Below, piece by piece: positions 58,725-64,000 of a stretch of DNA of 64,000 nt. Within the stretch, counting starts at the first letter, position 1. The number at the start of each line of letters is the position of its first letter. Source of the DNA: an uncultured virus (IMG/VR IMGVR_UViG_3300044557_000566). Lineage: Duplodnaviria; Heunggongvirae; Uroviricota; Caudoviricetes. The DNA lies in IMG/VR virus record IMGVR_UViG_3300044557_000566, one strand, 5' to 3'. The notes under the pieces were generated by a model, which saw only the letters and a program-made list of their open reading frames with translations, had not been told where the DNA came from and did not search any database. The position numbers and the translations under genes were made by a program.

Positions 58725-59342
58725 CTATCTTCCTCCTATCTGATTCGGGTATCTGCTTATGGTAGATCTCCCCGCACGCACCTTGTATGATGCAGAGGGA
58801 CCGTCAACGATTCCAAAGAGCTTCCATGCTCCAACGGTCTTCAACCATGCTATCATTCTGTCAACATCTTCCTGAGTGGAATCCTCCATGTCAATGATCA
58901 CGGAAATGTCACCAGTGAAATCCTCATTGACGTGATCTTCCCACCCGTTGAATAGTCGAAGGGCGAAGTCCTCATCCATCTCCTCATCGCTGAACATGGT
59001 CTCCCTAGTGATAGTGACAATGTCCACGTTGACTGGGCTGACCACGGCGGCAGCGCAAATCTCGTCACGAAGATTCCTAATGAAAGCACCGCGACTAGAT
59101 CTGATCGCGTAAGACATAGCCCATCTGCCCTCATTATCCAGATTATTGAAGGAATCCTTCCTCGTATAATGCTTCACATTCCTAATATCGACAGACCGCA
59201 ACTTCCTGTCGACCTTCACCACGTCAAGTCCCAGTGATGATACAGCACGATCTTTAAGCCATCCATTCAAGATCGTGCGCGTCCTCATGCCATCGACCAC
59301 AGATTGAATCTTATCAGATTCATCATTTATTATTCTTCTCAT
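58725..59342 (-). CDS. Hypothetical protein
   Basis: 205-aa ORF, GGAG RBS. Confidence 0.6.
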   Translation of the reverse strand: MRRIINDESDKIQSVVDGMRTRTILNGWLKDRAVSSLGLDVVKVDRKLRSVDIRNVKHYTRKDSFNNLDNEGRWAMSYAIRSSRGAFIRNLRDEICAAAVVSPVNVDIVTITRETMFSDEEMDEDFALRLFNGWEDHVNEDFTGDISVIIDMEDSTQEDVDRMIAWLKTVGAWKLFGIVDGPSASYKVRAGRSTISRYPNQIGGR

Positions 59343-59439
59343 TTACAGAACTCCATCCCAATCGTCATCACGAGCAGCGGATGACTAAGACGTTATAACC
59401 AAATAGTCATTATAACTTTATAATCATGTGAGAATCAGG

Positions 59440-60177
59440 TCATAACAATCGTTCTTCCGTGAGTCTAACGGCATCGAGAACAGCCTCATGGATCGTGTCG
59501 TCATCACGGGGGCGCTCGTCAGAATCAGCCGTGACAATCCCATCAGCTATCTTGGCCACACGGTAAAGCTCTTCGTCATTGATCCTCATCTTATTGATCT
59601 CGGCAATGTCATCCTCATGAATAGAATGAACGGCTTTGACGATCCGGTTGACCTCATCTTCGCCCGGTTCATCATCTTCATCAGTATCATCATTCTCATT
59701 GTCCTGCGCGAGTAGAGACTCATTGTCCTCATACGGTAGCCATGAGTCTGATCCTATGATGACGGTTTCCACGCCGTCTTCACCCCTCCCGTAGTCTACC
59801 GTCACTCCAGTAAGACGAGACGTCACGCCAGACGTACGGATAAGACTCTGGACCCTCACGCCCCCAGCGCCAACAAGATGATTATCCCTGAGATCATTGA
59901 GAATATTGATGAGGTCATCAACCGTCATGGGACGGTAGACGTAATGATTGCCAACGTTCACCTTGAGCGTTGGATCATCAGCAGCGTAATCCCTGTAATC
60001 ACCATTACCAGAGTCTTGGATCGCCGGGTCATCTGAATCATCCTCGACGGCCGCCTTCCTCAGCTCGGTTCTCTTCTTATCAAGGCTAGACCACCATCTA
60101 TCAGCTATCACGTCTCTATGCTCAGCCATTCCTACTCCTCCATTAAGATTCATATTCGTCAAATCTTGTAAGCTCAA
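59440..60177 (-). CDS. Hypothetical acidic protein
   Basis: 245-aa ORF; GGAGG before an internal ATG. Confidence 0.6.
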   Translation of the reverse strand: MSLQDLTNMNLNGGVGMAEHRDVIADRWWSSLDKKRTELRKAAVEDDSDDPAIQDSGNGDYRDYAADDPTLKVNVGNHYVYRPMTVDDLINILNDLRDNHLVGAGGVRVQSLIRTSGVTSRLTGVTVDYGRGEDGVETVIIGSDSWLPYEDNESLLAQDNENDDTDEDDEPGEDEVNRIVKAVHSIHEDDIAEINKMRINDEELYRVAKIADGIVTADSDERPRDDDTIHEAVLDAVRLTEERLL

Positions 60178-60305
60178 AACCCGTCAAACATCGTCAGATT
60201 ATTAAGATATTGAACGATATGGTTAGAACCAATCGATCTTAATATAATCCAATAATTGGGGCCTTATGGGAAGACCCCCATACATGACCCCTGGTCAACG
60301 TGAGT

Positions 60306-61616
60306 CTACTTGACTTCCGAATCCTCAGATCCATCTGACGGCAATGTCCTATCAACCTTACTCGACAGAGTGTTAATGAGATCAGTTCTGGTATCATCGA
60401 GGATCTTGGATTCCATGAGCGTCTTATTCAGAAGATCAAGTTGCTTCTGCATTCTCTCGGTGGCATCATGATTGAACTCTACAGAATTCTTCTCAGCATC
60501 CTTGAACGCCTGATGGGCCGAGATGATCGTGTTCAGGGTGGCTTGCATGTTCTCAACGTTATCATGGAGGCTCTCCTGGATCTTATTCACACTGTCCACA
60601 GAGTCCTTAAGATTCACCGCGTTATCCATGTTAAGATTGACGGCGGCCGCGTCTGCCGTGAGTACAGCCTTACGAGCCGTTTCCTGGACGTAGATTCCAT
60701 GGGCGAGTTGAACGGCGGACTTGAGACGGATGACCGCCGTGTTCTTCGTGCTCTTGACCTGCTCGATCATCTTCCAATGCGTCTTCGCGAGGAGGTCAAT
60801 AGAAGCAATGTACGTGGTCTGACCGGCAGCGATGTTGATGAGATCAGATCGTCTGCGTTCTAGGGTGTTCAGTACCTCAGACTCAAGAGCTTCCTTAATC
60901 TCGGGATCAGCATTGAACTTGCCGCTTGATAATTCCGTCCTCAACTGTTCGATGATCTTACCAGCCAAGGACGCTTGTTGCGTGGCGGCCTCAACGCACT
61001 TCAACGCCCTGACGCGATCTTCCTTATATACCGCAATGTCACTCCTGAGCGAGAATTCATACTTGGTGAGCGTCTTCATGCAATCCTCAATGACTGCACC
61101 AGCCTTGCGGGTCTTATTGAAGAAGCTGCGCACTGGGTCATATACCGCTCGAAGGAGCTTGTTCTCCGGGCGATGGAGGATCTTCCTAGCATCAATGTCA
61201 TTCATCGCGTTAGACATCTTGGTGAGCGTCTTGCCAATGTTCTTATTGGCTTCAGATCCCCTGCCAAGCTCTCCCATCGATATGTCAAACTGAGACTTGT
61301 TACTGATATCTGGGAGGAGATCTTTAATAGCATCCTCACCGAAGTTCTCATACTTCTCGTGGAGATCATAGATCTTCGAGAATTTCTGTGAATCTTTAGC
61401 GTCATGCGACTTGATGACGTTGAAGGTATCACCAGAGATAAGACTTGAATCCATGAACTTCTTGTGCCCGGAGACAGCATTAGCAACAGCCTTCTTAGCA
61501 GCCTCAACATCATTCCTCGTATCTGACTCTAACTGCGGGGCTGCCGCGACCCCCGCCGAAATTGATCCATCATCCATACTAACCATTCTCCTTATAGCAT
61601 CGTTATGATTGGCCAT
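60306..61616 (-). CDS. TelA/toxic anion resistance-like protein
   Basis: Coiled-coil, PVRSFFNK...VIEDCMKTL...LERRRSDL pattern. Confidence 0.6.
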   Translation of the reverse strand: MANHNDAIRRMVSMDDGSISAGVAAAPQLESDTRNDVEAAKKAVANAVSGHKKFMDSSLISGDTFNVIKSHDAKDSQKFSKIYDLHEKYENFGEDAIKDLLPDISNKSQFDISMGELGRGSEANKNIGKTLTKMSNAMNDIDARKILHRPENKLLRAVYDPVRSFFNKTRKAGAVIEDCMKTLTKYEFSLRSDIAVYKEDRVRALKCVEAATQQASLAGKIIEQLRTELSSGKFNADPEIKEALESEVLNTLERRRSDLINIAAGQTTYIASIDLLAKTHWKMIEQVKSTKNTAVIRLKSAVQLAHGIYVQETARKAVLTADAAAVNLNMDNAVNLKDSVDSVNKIQESLHDNVENMQATLNTIISAHQAFKDAEKNSVEFNHDATERMQKQLDLLNKTLMESKILDDTRTDLINTLSSKVDRTLPSDGSEDSEVK

Positions 61617-61684
61617 GAATACATTATAACAACAGATGACCTAACAATGCAATTCGCAGGACGAGGAGATGATTCTATCATACT

Positions 61685-62320
61685 TCAGAATATCTGCCAG
61701 TAATGGATGAGTACAGCGACGATAAGCGCAGCGAGAATGACGATGGCAGCGAGTAGCGATTCTAACCCGATCGTGAACTTGTACACCCCTGCATGATGCT
61801 CTGACTCCCCCAGAGCCCACTGCCTCCACGTTCCGAATGCAAGCAGTACTGTCCCCAGATCCATGGTGAGGCACCACGGGCACATAGCACCAATCACGAA
61901 TACTGACTGCTGGAGGAGCCATGTGGAGAAGATGAACGCAATGACCACGCCAATCCTGAACCCCCATTCCACCCATCGCGGGATGCTCACCCCGCTCGCG
62001 ACCAGCACGCCTATCGTAACGAAGACGGAGAACACGATGAGACCAAGGAACGCATTGGGAACTGCCCCGTTACCAGGCCAGTGAATCAGGGTAGACTGCC
62101 ATGACTCTGCAACCGTTGAGCATGACAGTTTAGCATTCACGTCGCATGCGAAGATCGTTTTCGGGTTCAACGCCCTCCAATACGCTTCCAGTGATAGCAT
62201 GAGAGATGCAAGCAGACCAAGAACTGATCCGATGGTAATTAACACTCCAGACCATATCTGGCTCGATCGTACCCTGAATATCCCGTTAATCATGTCTTCT
62301 TCCTGTTCTAGTAGATTCAA
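61685..62320 (-). CDS. Vitamin K epoxide reductase family protein
   Basis: CDVNAKLSCSTV, PNAFLG, CPWC. Confidence 0.9.
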   Translation of the reverse strand: MNLLEQEEDMINGIFRVRSSQIWSGVLITIGSVLGLLASLMLSLEAYWRALNPKTIFACDVNAKLSCSTVAESWQSTLIHWPGNGAVPNAFLGLIVFSVFVTIGVLVASGVSIPRWVEWGFRIGVVIAFIFSTWLLQQSVFVIGAMCPWCLTMDLGTVLLAFGTWRQWALGESEHHAGVYKFTIGLESLLAAIVILAALIVAVLIHYWQIF

Positions 62321-62359
62321 TCTTCTTAGTATGGAATGGTATCGTCAGTAGAATCACAC

Positions 62360-63292
62360 TCACTGAACCTGATCGAAGACTGGATCATCATTTAGCGACT
62401 GGGATGAATCACCATTCTGATTCAAAGTCTCATCGCCAGATCCCATTTCTGAAGGACCGGACTTGCCCCCAATCCCTGATAGCATGCTCGACATGACGCT
62501 GGTAACCGTGTTCTGTATTTGAGCCTGAGCGTATTGCTCGATGGCGTTCTTCTGCGCGTATACGTAGCCGAACGCGCCCAATGATGACAGTGATGTTAGC
62601 ACAGCCACCAGGCCAAGGACGGTGGCCTTCTTCACCTTCGCCATGTCTAGTATTCCAAGGAGCAGACCAATAACCGGGAAGAGAAGGATGATACATCCAG
62701 TCACCTCGAGGGATAATTTAAGATTCTTGGACAACAGGAGCATAGTCACCATGATAAAGAGAATGAACGCTGGTATGCTTACCAGTCCAAGAATAGCTCC
62801 AATGATGACACCATCACCAGGTCTACCTGATGATTGATCAGGGGGATTATTCTTGGAGGTCGTGGCAGATCCGAACCCGACTGGAGTTGCGCCTTTATCC
62901 TTCCTGCCGGAATGATTCCCACCGATGGGTTTAAATGCGTTATGGTCATGCTCTGAGCGTTGATCTTCACTCGTAGATGGTTCTGATTCTAGATGCCTAC
63001 TAGCATAATCTATCCTGTTATCAGAAGCATCAATCTTAGAGGTCGAGGGAACGGTGAATGCGGGCTGTTGTTCATAACGAGCAGCGTCATCCTGGTTGGT
63101 TTCCACGGGAGGCTCAATACTGATGAGATCGTTCTGATCGAATCCCCCCGTCTGATAATCGTTCTGATTATCGTCTTCACTGAAAGATCCATTAAACGGA
63201 TTAGTGTTAATACTGCTTCTCATATCATCAGTATGCTCTCCCATCTGATGATTCCTTTTCGGTAATGCCATAACCATATCCTCCCGGTTCAT
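62360..63292 (-). CDS. Hypothetical membrane protein
   Basis: Three TM segments. Confidence 0.6.
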   Translation of the reverse strand: MNREDMVMALPKRNHQMGEHTDDMRSSINTNPFNGSFSEDDNQNDYQTGGFDQNDLISIEPPVETNQDDAARYEQQPAFTVPSTSKIDASDNRIDYASRHLESEPSTSEDQRSEHDHNAFKPIGGNHSGRKDKGATPVGFGSATTSKNNPPDQSSGRPGDGVIIGAILGLVSIPAFILFIMVTMLLLSKNLKLSLEVTGCIILLFPVIGLLLGILDMAKVKKATVLGLVAVLTSLSSLGAFGYVYAQKNAIEQYAQAQIQNTVTSVMSSMLSGIGGKSGPSEMGSGDETLNQNGDSSQSLNDDPVFDQVQ

Positions 63293-63410
63293 GAGTAAAA
63301 ATAATAGACGCCTGATTACACCATTAAGATATGTGCAATCAGGCGTCTACGGTGATGATCCAGGAATTTGATTCTAATGGGGGATAGTGAGGGCCACTAT
63401 GGGGATTCGA

Positions 63411-64000
63411 TCAGTCCTCGTAATCATCCTCATCTTCGTAATCATCCTCGTAGTCATCATCATAATTCAAGGAGATGTCCTGCGTTGGATTCCTCGTGAC
63501 GTTCAGAACCTCGTACTTGCAGACACGGAGCTTCTGGTACGCGGAGTCTACGGGGACGGAAACCACGTCGCCCGCGCTGAACGCGACGGTGAGGACGTAA
63601 CCGTTCCCCCAGCTGTTAGCGTAATCCCACGTGCCAATGTGAAGACCAGGTGCGCATCCATTATTCGGATCATCGGTCACCTTGCTCTTTGGCATGGCGA
63701 TAATCGACCCGATCTTATTCGGGATGTACCCATTGACCTCACGGAACTCCTTCTCGCCCTTCTCCTTCACAAGACCAAGACCTGACCTCTTTGAGAAGGG
63801 AACGCCGTCCATATCCTGCACGCCCTTGTACCCAACGACACGACCATCATCAAGGAGCGTGAACCCATTCGTGCTATCATCCTCGAAGTTAGACTTCAAC
63901 CATGAGAACAACTGGTCACGAACATACTTCGTGTTATTCGAGTAGAGATCGTTCACGAATCTGAGAAGAGCTGTCCAGTTGCGATCAGAACCATCCGGGT
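63411..64000 (-). CDS. RIIB-like protein, 5' end outside the window
   Basis: LFSWL...DGRVVGYKGV...MPKSKVTDDPNNGCAPGLHIG...VVSVP...KLRVCKYEV. Confidence 0.8.
   Translation of the reverse strand, partial: PDGSDRNWTALLRFVNDLYSNNTKYVRDQLFSWLKSNFEDDSTNGFTLLDDGRVVGYKGVQDMDGVPFSKRSGLGLVKEKGEKEFREVNGYIPNKIGSIIAMPKSKVTDDPNNGCAPGLHIGTWDYANSWGNGYVLTVAFSAGDVVSVPVDSAYQKLRVCKYEVLNVTRNPTQDISLNYDDDYEDDYEDEDDYED

Noticed and set aside
1..64000. Alternative genetic code or stop-codon reassignment
   Set aside because: Long ORFs translate cleanly in the standard code and no suppressor tRNA was found; the topA TAA is an isolated case.

Overview
A 64-kb slice of a large mobile element, almost all encoded on the minus strand. 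It is most likely an actinobacterial (Bifidobacterium-like) conjugative megaplasmid or phage-plasmid; the host is inferred from promoter style and gene types. Left to right: (1) a VirD4/TraD-like coupling ATPase (partial, missing from the ORF track), a CpaF/VirB11 ATPase, HU, a sigma-70-like factor and dUTPase. (2) A ~13.5-kb RNA island (6.6-20.1 kb) with 52 tRNA genes I could fold by eye, covering all 20 amino acids, several with A34 or C33. It also holds an RNase P RNA, circularly permuted tRNA-like (Y RNA/YrlA-type) elements, other structured RNAs, two GIY-YIG endonuclease genes and a two-repeat mini-CRISPR. (3) A protease, CCA-adding enzyme, IF3 and DnaX. (4) A type I-E-like CRISPR array (22+4 repeats, no cas genes in the window) interrupted by a pilin-like gene, with an internally deleted IS607 tnpA/tnpB remnant and a long RNA hairpin at its leader end. 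(5) A TerD-domain protein behind a tandem structured RNA, adjacent T4-like alpha- and beta-DNA glucosyltransferase homologues, a Pnkp-like kinase-phosphatase and a two-piece topoisomerase IA. (6) Membrane and stress genes (NfeD, flotillin, SLT, TelA, VKOR, RIIB). All calls are by-eye motif recognition; no database searches were run.
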